Assembly (NCBI RefSeq): GCF_000143415.4
Contig: NW_003314316.1
Coordinates: 453,220-517,219 of the forward strand
DNA length: 64,000 nucleotides
Reading direction: 5' to 3'
Source: Selaginella moellendorffii
Lineage: Eukaryota; Plantae; Lycopodiophyta
Positions 12,648-24,867 of the stretch are shown one piece after another. Positions within the stretch are counted from its first letter, which is position 1. Each line of letters opens with the position of its first letter. A program made the translations under genes and the position numbers. The notes below the pieces were generated by a model. It did no database searches. It saw nothing but the letters and a program-made list of their open reading frames with translations, and was not told the origin of the DNA.

Positions 12648-14335
12648 TGTAAGCGACTAAATTTTCCATTCTACTTTAGTCACTTAACCACACCTCTGAC
12701 CACTTGGAGGAGTCTCATTTACAACCTCCATAAGTCCCATTCAGGACTTGGGGCTTGCTATCCCCGAGAATGCCATCCATGCCACTCAACCTTTGCACTT
12801 GGTACAAGTGCTCCACGTGTCCAATCTCATGACCGACACCCCAAGGTACTACCGACCTCTCAGCTCGTTATGTTAAGGCCATGCCTATTTACCTTAGTCA
12901 TACTGATGGTCCGCCACCACCTGCATCGCAGTCCTGTCTCTCAAAGACTAGGCCATCCGTCCATGAGTAATCATCCTAGATCCACTCCTTAGCATCCTTA
13001 GGATGCCCACAGACATGGGGAATAACCTTCCCCAACATCTCTTTTCCGGTCCCCACCAAGTCCCTTTTTGTCCATAGCTGTGTTCGCCAACATTGCCACT
13101 GGATCAACGCCGGCAAACCCGACCTCTAAGTCCCACTGTCCTTTGGGACTTCCTCACCATGTGACTGTATCCTTGGTCACTACACTAGAGGATTGCTCCC
13201 CTTCCTTTTCACCGTCTGGGACTTTGGGACAACATTTTGGAACACCGTGGCCTTACGCGAGCCTCGTGGGTACTCTCCCCACTTTTTGCCTTTGGGTGCT
13301 CTAGCCATGGGCTTAGAGCAAGGTTCCGTTGAGCCACACCAGGTATCCAAGTAGGTAGTGCCACCCACACTTGGACTAGGAGCATTGGCTAGTCGATCTC
13401 CCGGGGGAACTAGAGCTGGCTCTTGAACACTTCACCAAGCTACTCTGTTTGTCAGTCCGTGTTCACTCTAGTCTTGGACTTCCCAGTGGGCAGCTCATCA
13501 CCCAACACTGGGTACAGCCTTCCTGGGCTAAACTGGCATTTCCTGGCCAAACTGGCATTTCCTGGCCAAACTGGCTCCATTGCAGTCCTCCCCCTTACTA
13601 TACTTTTGGAGCTCACCAAACCCCTTAGGGTCTGGGAGACTAACGCTTTGGGCTTTCACCCTCTCAGACTCGAACTCAGCCTCGGGCTTGGTCTCAGCTT
13701 CGGTCTCGGTCCCGGTCTTGGTCCCGGTCTCGGTCCCGGTCGCGGTCTCGGTCCCGGTCGCGGTCGCGGTCCCGGTCTCGGTCTCGGTCCCGGTCGCGGT
13801 CGCGGTCCCGGTCTCAGTCTCGGTCCCGGTCGCGGTCTCGGTCCCGGTCTCGGTCTCGGTCCCGGTCACGGTCTCGGTCCCGGTCCCGGTCTCGGTCTCG
13901 ACCTTGGACTCCATCTCGGGTCCTTCTCAGACTCCATTTTGGGTCCATCTCGGACTCCATCTCAGACTCCATCTCGGGTCCATCTCGGACTCCATCTCAG
14001 ACTCCATCTCAGACTCCATATCGGGTCCATCTCGGACTCCATCTCGGACTCCATCTCGGGTCCATCTCAGACTCTATCTCGGGTCCATCTCGGACTCCAT
14101 CTTGGACTCCATCTCGGGTCCATCTCGAACTCCATCTCGGTCCATCTCAGACTCTCTTATGGCTCGCTTCATGCTCGTTCCTTGAGCACTCCATTGGGAG
14201 TTCCACTCCCGCTCTCAACCTTTTAAGTCGGAGTTTTTAGTCCAAACGTGTTACGCTCCTTTGACTTTCACTTCGGCCACTACCACGTGGTGCCCTTTCG
14301 GCTCCACTTTGGGGCTTAGGGATTTGTATCTCACA
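12648..14335 (-). mobile_element. Solo LTR of family B (1688 bp) with 5-bp TSD CCAGC
   Basis: TG..CA termini. CCAGC at 12643-12647 and 14336-14340. Reverse-complement homology to 14701-15591. Confidence 0.9.
13670..14150. repeat. Hexamer (GGTCYC) and 12-mer (CTCGGACTCCAT) tandem arrays inside the family-B LTR
   Basis: Directly visible. Shorter versions at 14935-15150 and 19880-20055, and related arrays in family-C LTRs (6880-7030, 22720-22980). Confidence 0.9.
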
Positions 14336-14700
14336 CCAGCCTAGTACTATTTAAACCTAAGGATGCTTAACCCCAACTATCCAAAGACCCTTAAACCAAT
14401 TAGAAAACGGGGTGCACTCTTGTTCATGGGCCCTTTCCCTCTATATTTGAACCCCATGAATCATCTCTCAAGTTGTTTTTTCTTTGGTTTCTTACAATCT
14501 ACCACACTTCCCTGCAAGTTCACACCCTCGGGCTCTCTTGACACCCTACCCCACGGGTTGAGCTCAACTGGGAGCAAATTGAACCTACTAGATGTCAATC
14601 AACATGTAGTGTGATTTCCCTAGCCAATCAATAGAGTTGGACCTAAGACTGCTCTGATACCAAATGTAAGCTCCTGAATTTGGACTTCCCAGGAGGTCAT

Positions 14701-17700
14701 TGTGAGACACAAAATCCCTAGGCCCCAAAGTGGAGCCGAAAGGGTGCCACGTGGTAGTGGCCGAAGCAAAAGCAAAACGAGCATAACACGTTTGGACTAA
14801 AAGCTCTGATTTGAAAGGTTGAGAGCGGGAGTGGAACTCCCAACGAAGTGCTCGAGGAATAAACACGAAGCAAGCAATAAATGAGTCTCTAGAAAAGGGA
14901 CATAAGAGGACCAACACATGACACGTGGAGGGATCCGAGATGGAGTCTAAGATGGACCCAAGATGGAGTCCGAGATGGACCCAAGATGGAGTTCGAGATG
15001 GACCTGAGATGGAGTCCGAGATGGGCCCGAGATGGAGTTCGAGATGGAGTTCAAGATGGAACCGAGACTGAGACCGAGATCGAGACTGAGCCCAAAACCG
15101 GGACTGAGACCAAGTCCGAGTTCAAGTTCGAGTCCGAGTCCGAGTCTGAATAGTAATACAGGTTGTTGGGTGAAAGCCCAAAGCGATCATCCTAGTGGAG
15201 CCAGTTTGGCCAGGAAAGGCCAATTTGGCACAGAAAGGCTATACCTAACTGTTGGGTGATGGCATGACCACTAGGAAGTCCAAGACTAGAGTGAATACAG
15301 ACCGACAAGTGGGGTAGCTTGGTGAAGTGTTCAAAAGCCGGCTTTAGTTCCCCCGAGAGATCGAATGGTCGATGCTCCCAGTCCAAGTGTGGGTGGCACT
15401 ACTTACTTGGATACCTAGTATGGCTCAACGGAACTTCGCTTTAAGCCCATGGCTAGAGCACCCAAAGGCGGAAGGCGGGGAGAGTACCCAAGTCTAGAAT
15501 AGGACTTATGGAGGTTGTGAGTGAGACTCCAACAAGTGGTCAAAAGTGTGGTTAAGTGACTAAAGTAGAATGGAAAAATTAGTCGCTTACAACTTGGTAT
15601 CGGAACTGTTCCTTAATCCGACTTTTATTAGTGCTCAACTATATCACCACTGGTGTTGGCATCGGAAGGTCCTAGGAGTGGGCCTATCCTTGAGGAGTAG
15701 TAGGTCGGGAAAACATGGCTCTCCACTATAGTTCATATGTGAACTTGTAGGTGAGGTGGTGGATAGAAAATGGTCAATAATGGATCTTTAGGATCTTGGG
15801 AATAGTATAAGGTTTTCTCAGAGAGTTGAGGATGTGATCTAGATTAGCGTTTGACTTAGCAAATTGGCTAATATAATTGTGGTAAACAACTATAGTTAGG
15901 ATCACAAGAAAGATAAAGACTCCAAAACAATAAAAAAGTCACAAGATTATCCTCATATAGTTGAGGTTGGTACTGATGAATTTGAGACCGGAATTAATGA
16001 CTGTGAGAAGGGTCAAATAGAGACGAGGATACAAGTCCTTGAAATGGTAGCCGAGGCTACCTTTTATAAATGTTAGACCAAACCCAAGGAGTTGGGGGTG
16101 TGCTTAAAGGATAAGTTGATATTCTCATCATATGGACAGATAGTCCTAAAGGGCAATGGCAGCCCACAGGGAACGAAAAATAATCAAATGTCGGAGTAAC
16201 ACTTGCATTCATGGTCCTTATAGGTAGAACATGAATACAAGAAGTTGTATTCTAATGAGCTGACACCTCAAAATGGGACCTTATAGGTCGTCGATTAGTG
16301 AAGTCTAAAAAGCTAGATAACTCAAGTGGAGTCAAGGAATGGTCCCAAAGGACAAGTGAAAACATTTGGACTAAGGTGTGTTGTACCCCACAAAGAATAA
16401 AGACGATCATACAATCCAAGTATGAGAACCGTAGGTATCTCATTGATGGTAGAATGTGCCATACTAAAGTCATGGGAAAAGTGTTCTCAAAAGAAAGCAA
16501 CTTTGACACAAAGTTGTGTGTTAATTCTATGGTGCAGTGCTAATAGATAGTTGGCATGAGAAAGAACTATATTGATCTTAGCAAGGACCTAAACATGAGA
16601 AAGAAGTGTTGTAAATATAGGCTCGTGGAGCCGATGGTATGGAGACACCAAATGTGCCAAGATATAATGCCTTGAGGTCAAGTTGGTAGGGTAATGAGAA
16701 CCCCTTCCCAAAGGAATCTTAATGGAAATGGCCTAAGCTGGAAGGCATGCGGTTGGAGTGTGGTGACTCAAATAATGATGGAGGTGTGGAAGCACTAGCA
16801 ATGAGTTGTAAGACTTGACAATTACAAGGTAACTAAGCAAGAGGTGTAGGATAATTGGTTAAACAGATAGAAAGTAGCTACCCAAGACTTCTTAATAGTA
16901 TAAGGAAATTAGATATACCCTTATGGGGGATAAATTATTTATATTGCAATATAGTAAGTCAATGTCGTAAAAGAAAATGCTCATTGTTAAGGAGGCCATC
17001 ATTGGGACACCCAAACACCCTAGAACACCAAGAGGTGGTGTTTAGTGTCGCGAGGGCAATAGATAAAACCCAAGGGACTAAGTCCCTAACGAATAATGAA
17101 TAGAAGGTGCTATCCAAACGTCCAAAGTTGCAGAGACAGGAGAAGACTGTCTACCCGAATTAGACAAAGCCAAAATGAAATTTTGGCCAGGCTAGTGATG
17201 GGTATATAAAAGCCCATAAGTAGCAACATTAATCCCGGTGTGTGGGATTATAAGTTGAGCATACCTGGATTGAGGAACCACTCCCTAAGCTATTAGGTAG
17301 GTTCATCCCTAAGAATACTTGTTATGGCATAGTAGAAAGTGCAAAACTATCCTCCTAGTCTGGAGGAGAATAACCGAAGGAAATGTGTGAAAGCAAGTAG
17401 TAAGGGGATAAAACCAAACCATAGAAATCGAATTGCATAACCAAAGGTGGTTATGCCAGTTGGGAATGGAAAATCAAATTGGTGCTCAAGCATGTTGTTA
17501 CTAGCAACCGTGATGCCATGGAGTGTCTAAAGCATGGAATTGTCCATGTTAGATCATATGGCAATTTAAAAGCTTGCGAAAGGAGAGGCCTTACCAAGCT
17601 AAGGGACAGAGTTCTTTCAAAGGTTCCCAAAGACAATTATAGGTAGCTTAGTACCTAGAAAGCCAAGTGTAAATGGTTCATAAAATATGCAAAATTAGAG

Positions 17701-20330
17701 TGGCGCAGCAGAAGCGTAGCCTTGAAGCTTGCCATAATGCAATGTTATCAAAGTTGGGGAAGCAGTTCCCAAGTGCTCAAAAAGGATGGCTTTGAATGAA
17801 AGTCGATGGTCGAGGACTTTCACGCTTGTGCATGAAACTATGTTACATTGGTTAGATGACTTGCTAAGTGAGATTGACAAGTCAGGGGAACAAATCCCTT
17901 AGTTGAAGGTGCCAACTTTAAAAGGGGTGGCCTATGGGGCCAAGCATGGAGGAATCCATGCATGATCACAGACTTGTCAAGTGAGAGGACTTGGCATTCT
18001 AGAGGAACTAGGTTCCTAATCTGTGATTTGTAGCGCGCTTTAAGTATAAATTGGTGCACCGGCGTGAGGAGTCACGCTAGGCATCTTGGATGATGCCTTC
18101 CGTAGATGCATATATGGAGGTTGGGTTCGAGTCCCGACCCTCTAGTGCTTGGATTTGAGTCCCAACTCACTAGGGCGCAGTGATGGTTTGAAATATGAGG
18201 ACACTCATTTTTCGGTGGTCATGGACTCTCAGTAAGGAAACTGGCTTGGGCACACCGCCAAGCGAGGGATGCCCTGGAGTCGTGATGCACGGTTAGATTA
18301 CTTAGTGTGGCTCGGCATATCTAACTTAAACACTTTGGTGCAAATGGCACCAAACACGTGGTGAATGAGATGGGGACACCTAGTCTCAATTGCTATGGAC
18401 CCTTGGCCGGAAGGGCTGACTTGGGTGCACCGCCAAGTGTGGGGGATGCCCCTGGGGTTATGGTCAACAAGTTAAAGGTCTGGAAAACTTAGTACCTATT
18501 GGCAAACCTGTCAAGGTGACTAAGGTGAGGTCATTAAGTGATCTTGTGGCTAAATAAAGACAAGGTCCTTATTTGGTTAAGGAATAAAATTCCTAGTTCA
18601 AAGTGATGATTTAAACTGTTGGTAATAGCATGACTTGGTCAAAGTGACCAAGTGGGAAAAACACCTAAGGGAAATGATTTGTGGCAATGTGATAGCATAA
18701 TGAGTCCGAAGAAAGTAATCTTTATAAGAAACCCATGAGAGGGTCACAAAGTTGGGCCAAGGATAGAGCCAACAGTAGAAAATGCTAAAGAAACGTACTA
18801 GGGGTGAACACCCTCTGGACTTAATAAAGCAAAGTTTTTACTATGGAACCGAAAGGATACCTCAAAAATGGAGGTAATAATCCTATGTTGCTGGGTGTAA
18901 CAATCAAGGATAGGAGCAAAAGACTAGTGGCTAAGAAAAGAGCCATGGGAATCATGGGAAAAAATTCAAAAGGCAAAGTTAGGCCAAGAACACTAATATG
19001 CTAGGTGCTAACGAATTGTGGGAAAGGCAATATGTTTCCAAGAATGGATTCCTAATTGCTCCGATTTGGCGAAAATGGAAGCCCCAAGGGAGGGAGCAGT
19101 AAGGTAACCAAATGATATGGCCATAGACAGCCTTAGCACAAATTATGATAACTAGAATTTAGTGCCAAAGGTAACATGAAATAGAAGAGAGGTTGATGGT
19201 GCCCTAAATAGAGAACTTCCTAGGAGGGGGAAGTGGAGTTGCACAATATGTGCAATGCAAGGTGTCGAAGACACCTAGAAAATTGACTTCGAGAAGTCAA
19301 AAGTAAAAGTTCCAAAGTGCAAAAGTTATATCAATGGAAACTGAGATTAGTTGAGAAAGAGAAGTGGGATTGAGATAGAAACGGTGTCTCTAACAAGTTT
19401 AGCGAGAACTAAACCAATAAAAGGAGAGAACCACCACAAGTGGTCCAATCAGTCTTTAAGTTAGGGAGACTATGCTCCTTAGATGAGCAGAGGATGAGCA
19501 AGGCATGGTGAGCCTTCGGTATCAAACCATTGACGAATATTGGCGAGGTGCCAAGATTGGAAAGGATAATACATGTTAGTATAACTTTATAAAATAGTTT
19601 ATTGTTCGATGAGGACATTGAACTTTGTCTATGGGTGGTGAAGTTGTGAGACACAAAATCCCTAGGCCCCAAAGTGGAGCCGAAAGGGTGCCACATGGTA
19701 GTGGCTGAAGCGAAAGCCAAACGAGCATAACATGTTTGGACTAAAAGTTCCGACTTGAAAGGTCAAGAGCGGGAGTAGAACTCCCAACGAAGTGTTCGAG
19801 GAACAAGCACGAAGCAAGCAATAAGTGAGTCTTTAGAAAAAGGACACAAAAGGACCAACACATGACTCGTGGAGGGACCCGAGATGGAGTTCGAGATGGA
19901 CCAAGATGGACCCGAGATGGAGTCCGAGATGGGGTCTGAGATGGACCTGAGATGGAGTCCGAGATGGACCTGAGATGGAGTCCGAGATGGAGTCCAAGAT
20001 AGAACCAAGACCGAGACCGAATCTGAGTCCGAGTTCGAATTTGAGTCCGAGTCCGAATACTAATACAAGCTGTTAGGTGAAAGCACAAAGCGATCATCCC
20101 CTAGGGGGGGGGCTTTGGGGGGTTCTAAAAGTATAGTAGGGAGAGTGTGGGGGTTGGAGCCCAGTAGAGCTAGTTTGGCCAAGAAATGCCAGTTTGGCCT
20201 AGGAAGGTTGTACCCAGGTGTTGGGATGACCACTGGGAAGTCCAAGACTAAAGTGAATATGGACCGACAAGCAGGGTAACTTGGTGAAGTGTTCAAGAGC
20301 CGGCTCTAGTTCCCCCAGGAGATCAAATGG
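14701..20330 (+). mobile_element. Family-B LTR element with ~4 kb apparently non-coding interior (LARD-like)
   Basis: LTR1 14701-15591 (internally deleted), PBS TGGTATCGGAAC 15595-15606, PPT-like ATGGGTGGTGAAGT before LTR2 (starts 19645, broken at ~20330). No recognisable gag/pol motifs inside. Confidence 0.75.
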
Positions 20331-21667
20331 TACTTGGCTTCAGCAACTCACTGCATGAGCAATAGTGTGTTAGCTATCCATCCACGGATTCCTAATCTCT
20401 TCCAATCCCCCTCCCCGGGTTAGATTTAACTTAAGGTTTGGCTGCACTCCCCACAGGCATAAACAGCCAAACACACCAAACCTCTAAATTCCTAACATTC
20501 CTTGATATAACAAGACTTGATCATGGGACCCTCTAAATCCCAAACCTTGGGTGCAACACTTACTTTGGGACACTGGGGGGAAACACTGTCACGTAACAGT
20601 CCAGTATAGGTACCTCTACTCCCCCACTTCCCTCCCAAAGGGAAGGCCCAAGCCCTTAGGAAGGGCGTGGACCAATGAGCTGCAAGGTACTCAAGTGGGG
20701 CACCACTCCACATGAGCCGGGAGCATTGCAATCGGTTTCCCTTCCAAGAGTGGGAATTGCTCTTGAGCACTTCCTTGAGTGGCCCCTTTGGCACCACCCA
20801 AGTCTATACTCACTCCCACTAGGACGAAGTAGGAATTTGTACAATAAGTAGGAATCTTGGTGAGGGAACTTAACTAAGGCCAAGGCCATGGTGGTTGAGT
20901 AGACGAGATAATCTAGCAAATTGGAAAGAAAAAATTTGTGGTTTATAATTTAGTATCAGAGCCTTTTCCTTAGTTCTAGCAAAGGATAGAGGCGGATTGC
21001 TGAGAGATGGCAAAGGCAGGGTGTAAACGAACTAAGGCGGAGATAGAACCTCCTCAAGAGCTGGAGCTTCTCGTCGAACAAGAGGCTATGGATGAGGAAT
21101 TCTTGCATGAAAGGACTCCAATGAGAAAACTTTCAAACAGAAGTTTAGTGGTGAGGTTCGGTCGTCCAAGGCTAAATTGGATGTTTTAGAAGGATAATTG
21201 GCATAGATCAATGCCCTACTAGAGACTCTCGTACAGTTTGCTGGTCTAGTTTGCTCCTGCTGGGCTCGACCCAAGGCCGGTGATCTAACACCACATGCAT
21301 CACAGTCCCGTCTTTCAAAGACTGGGCCATCCATCCAAGTCCTTTTCTGTCCATGGCTGTGTTCGCTAACACTGCCACTGGATCAAAACCCACATGCGCG
21401 ACCACTAAGTCCCACGGTCCTTTAGGACTTCCTTCTCACATGATAGTATCCTTGGTCTCTACACCAGAGGATTGCTCCTCTTTCTTTTCATAGTTTGGGA
21501 CTTTGGGACAACATTTCGGAACACCATGGCCTTACACGAGCCTCGTAAGTACTCTCCCTGCCTTCCGCCTTTGGGTGCTCTAGCCCTGAGCTTAGAGCGA
21601 GATTCCGTTGAACCACACTAGGTATCCAAGTAGGTAGTGCCACCCACACTTGGACTGGGAGCATTGC
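20331..21667. mobile_element. Rearranged block of family-C LTR, PBS and gag start plus family-B LTR continuation
   Basis: PBS TAGTATCAGAGC at 20951 and gag MAKAGCKRTKAE at 21007 on +, mirrored at 21684-21922 on -. 21280-21667 matches the family-B LTR. Confidence 0.75.
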
Positions 21668-24395
21668 AAAGCAAATTGTCCTTCTAAAACATCCAATTGA
21701 GCTTAGATGACCGAACCTCACCACCGAACTCCTGTTTAGAAATTTTTCCACTAAAGTCCTCCTCATGCAAGGATTCCTCATCCATAGCTTTTTGTTCGAC
21801 TAAAGGTTCTAGCTTAGAAGGAAGTTCTGTCTCTGCCTTGGTTCTTTTACACCCTGCTTTTGCCATCTCCTAGCAATCCACCTTTATCCTTTGCTAGAAC
21901 TGAGGAAAAGGCTTTAATACCAAATTATAAGTTATAAATTTTTCTTTTCCAATTTATCAACTTACCTCGTTTATCTAATCAACACTACTTTGGCCTTAGT
22001 TGAATTCCCTTGCCAAAGTTCCTACTTATTGTACCAGCTCCTACTTAGTCCTACTTGGTTTCAACTATTCATTACATGAGCAATGGAGCGTTACCCATCC
22101 ATCCATGGATTCCTAAATCTCTCTCAATCCCCCTCCCTAAGTTAAACTGGACTTAAGTTTCGGTTACACTCCCCACAGACATTAGCAGCCAAGCATATCA
22201 AGCCTTGAGGTTTCTAACATCCCTTGGTACAATAAAACTTGATCATAGGACCTTCTCAATCCCAAGCCTTAGGTGCAACACTTGCTTTGGGGCACCAGGG
22301 GGAAACACTATAGCTTAACAACCTAGTATGGGTACCTTTACTCCCCCACTTCCATCCCAAAAGAAAGGCCTAAGCCCCTAAAAAGGGGTGAGGACCAATG
22401 TGCTGCAAATTACTTAAGTGGGACACCCTTCCATATGAGCCAGGAGCACCACAGTCAATTTCCCTTCCGGGAGTGGGAGTTACTCTTGAGCACTTCTGTG
22501 GGTGGCCTTTTTGACACCACCCAAGTCCATGTTCACTCCCACCCAAGGTCCCCAAGCCCTAGTTTCAACCTTAAGTCAATTTGAAAACACTACTAGAGAG
22601 TTCCTTTAAGACTAGTTCTTAGGCCTCACTATCCTTAATATACTTTTGGAACCCCCTGCAGCCCCCCTCCAGGAGACACACACTTTGGGCTTTCACTCCA
22701 TAATCTGTATTAATATTTGGACTCGATCTCAGACTTGACCTCAGATTTGACTTCGGACTTGACCTCGGACTCAGTCTCGGATTTAATCTTGGACTCAATC
22801 TCAAACTCTATCTCAGGCTTGATCTCGGACTCTATCTCGGACTCGGTCTTGAACTTGATCTCGGATCTCGGACTTGATCTCAAACTCAGTCTTGAACTCG
22901 ATCCTAGAGTCGGCCTCAGACTCAATTTTGAACTCGGTCTCAAAATCGGTCTTAGACTTGATTTCAAACTCAGTCTCATCTGATAAACTCTTTATTATTT
23001 TAGTTGTGCTTTTGGAATCCTTTACACTTTGGGGAGTTGGTTCTTTACATAGTCATCCATTTACGAATTCTTAAATTTTCTTTTAATCCCCTTCCTCGGG
23101 TTAAATTGGACTTAAAGTGTAATTACACTTACTACAAATCAAGCATATCAAGCCTTTAATTTCTTATAACAAAATTTTCTCATAAAACTCTATAAATCCT
23201 AAGCCTTATGTATTTTTCTTGATTCGAAACCTCAAAAGGAAACACTATACCCTAATGACCCTTACTCTCCACTTCCTCCTCATGAGAAGGCCCAAGCCAA
23301 AAGAAGGGATAAAGACCAATGAGCCTTATAGTACTCAAGTGGGAGCTACTCTTTGAACACAATTTTGGTGGTTTTGGCCACAGTGATCCATTGAGTTCCA
23401 GGAGGAAGTGCTTGTTCTCGCAGCCTGCCACGCCTAAATGAAACAAGAAAATAAACTTTGAAATAAAGCATGAAATTACATACCTAAAGAAATTGCCTCA
23501 TCAATCCTTAAGGGGCATCTCTTACACTCTTCGAGTCCATGCTCACTCCCACCCAAGGCAATGCATTAACCCTTAACTTAGTTTGCAAACACCATTGAAG
23601 AGTCTTTAACCTTACTTTCCCAACAATACTTTTGGAACCCCCTATAGCCCGACAGCTCCACCAAGCCCTAGTTTTTCGCAAGCAAGAGATTTTTGGAGCA
23701 TAGAGAAGGAATTACAATCCATCAAAGTCAGTAAGGAAAGCTATTGAGTAACACTCTACAGTCAGAACCATGGAAACCATCGTTCATTGGTGCGTGGACA
23801 CCAACTCCACTACCCTGGGGAGGAAGTCTAGACCACCAACACCAAGCAGGACTCATCAACCATCACCACCAACAATGATTTCAAGGTCTTCAACACCAAC
23901 TAAGGAGAGAAGGCCAGCGTCGCACAACAATCTCAGGTATGTTCCTCCATTGTGGCTTGCTTGTATTGCTTGCTTTCACAATGGTACATACAAGACTTGG
24001 CATACACAACAACCACCAACAACCACCAACATTGATAAGTATGGCAGAGCAGCAGTTTAGCAGTGATTCAAGGTAAGCTTTAAAATCACTAATTGAGCAT
24101 CATATCTGTATATCCGTGCTGCTTGATGTTGACTGGAGATTTGTCCGGTGCGCGCTTTTCTGCTGCTACTGAAGTTGAGCTTTGGCTATAAAACATAACA
24201 CAGAATCTATGAAGAGAACAACTTTGATCTAATGCCCAACATCAAGCACAAATTCGAAGGTGCCAGCTTAAAAATTCAAGGAGAACAAAGTTTAAACTTA
24301 TTTTCTGATTATCTTCTAGATTGGTTTTAATGGCAAATCTCTTTTTAGCCATTCTTTTGAAGAATAATTTTAAATTTATATAAACAAACCTCGCC

Positions 24396-24867
24396 TCAAA
24401 AAATGCATCCAGGGGTGCATTCTTCATACATCCATTTCTCAACCTTGCTCTGCCTATTTTCTTCTCTGTGTTCTAAGAATCGAAGAGCATCATCCTTCTC
24501 CATACCATATTTATAAATTAAAACAAAGCTACTGCTTGCTCGCAATGAAGACAGAGTCTTTCCACAGGCCTCCAGTGTGTCTGCATACCTGGAAAGCTCT
24601 ATTTTGCCAAGAAAGTTTCTCATCTCAAAAGCTTTCTGCTTAAGCACAAGAGTGAATTCTTTGAAATGAGAGATTTCTGACACTCACCCTTTGCTGCTTG
24701 GTAAGGCCCAGCGCTTTCACATCTTTCCTGGTCATTGACTTGAGCGATTCAACGCTGTCCCATCCCTTCCTGACAAAGATCTTGGATGTTCCAGCAAGAA
24801 CACCACTGCCGAGGTAATCATCTAGATTATCAGGGGCAGATCTATCCTTTGCTTCTGTGCCCTGCAT
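24396..24867 (-). CDS. Spliced gene or fragment with tandem SAM-like helical domains, function unknown; boundaries approximate
   Basis: LDDYLGSGVLA..GWDSVESLKSMTRKDVKALGLTKQQR, then an intron, then MRNFLGKIELSRYADTLEA..KYGMEKDDALRF. Confidence 0.5.

Larger units (their letters stand above)
12607..14700 (-). mobile_element. TRIM-like miniature LTR element (family A), interrupted by family-B insertions
   Basis: A ~197 bp LTR TGTAAG..CTTACA (12607-12647 plus 14341-14496), ~168 bp internal region, perfect PBS TGGTATCAGAGC (minus, 14651-14662), and a second LTR end at 14665-14700. Confidence 0.6.
6135..23049 (-). mobile_element. Degenerate Ty3/gypsy chromovirus-type retrotransposon (family C) with nested insertions
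   Basis: Homologous LTRs at 6135-7111 and 21927-23049 (TATAAG..TTACA). Degenerate Met-i PBS at 21911-21922 (minus), PPT-like tract at 7112-7125, gag start at 21866. Near-perfect TSD TAGTT/TAGTC. Confidence 0.75.
5987..23650 (-). mobile_element. Older family-C LTR split in two (5987-6134 and ~23050-23650) by a same-family insertion
   Basis: 5987-6134 matches the LTR start. The sequence after 23054 continues the same LTR sequence where the left part stops. Confidence 0.65.

Noticed and set aside
13900-14150. Regular short repeats resembling a CRISPR array
   Set aside because: No unique spacers, eukaryotic LTR context, and no cas genes.
13423-14226. Long ORFs with GLGPG/TETG/SVPV repeats
   Set aside because: By-products of 6- and 12-bp tandem arrays in a solo LTR; open in several frames.
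18115-18140. GGTTCGAGTCCC as a tRNA gene
   Set aside because: No acceptor stem, D arm or A-box at the right spacing; reported as a structured motif instead.
18695-18720. TAATGAGTCCGAAGAAA as a hammerhead ribozyme core
   Set aside because: Lacks CTGATGA and a pairing stem II.
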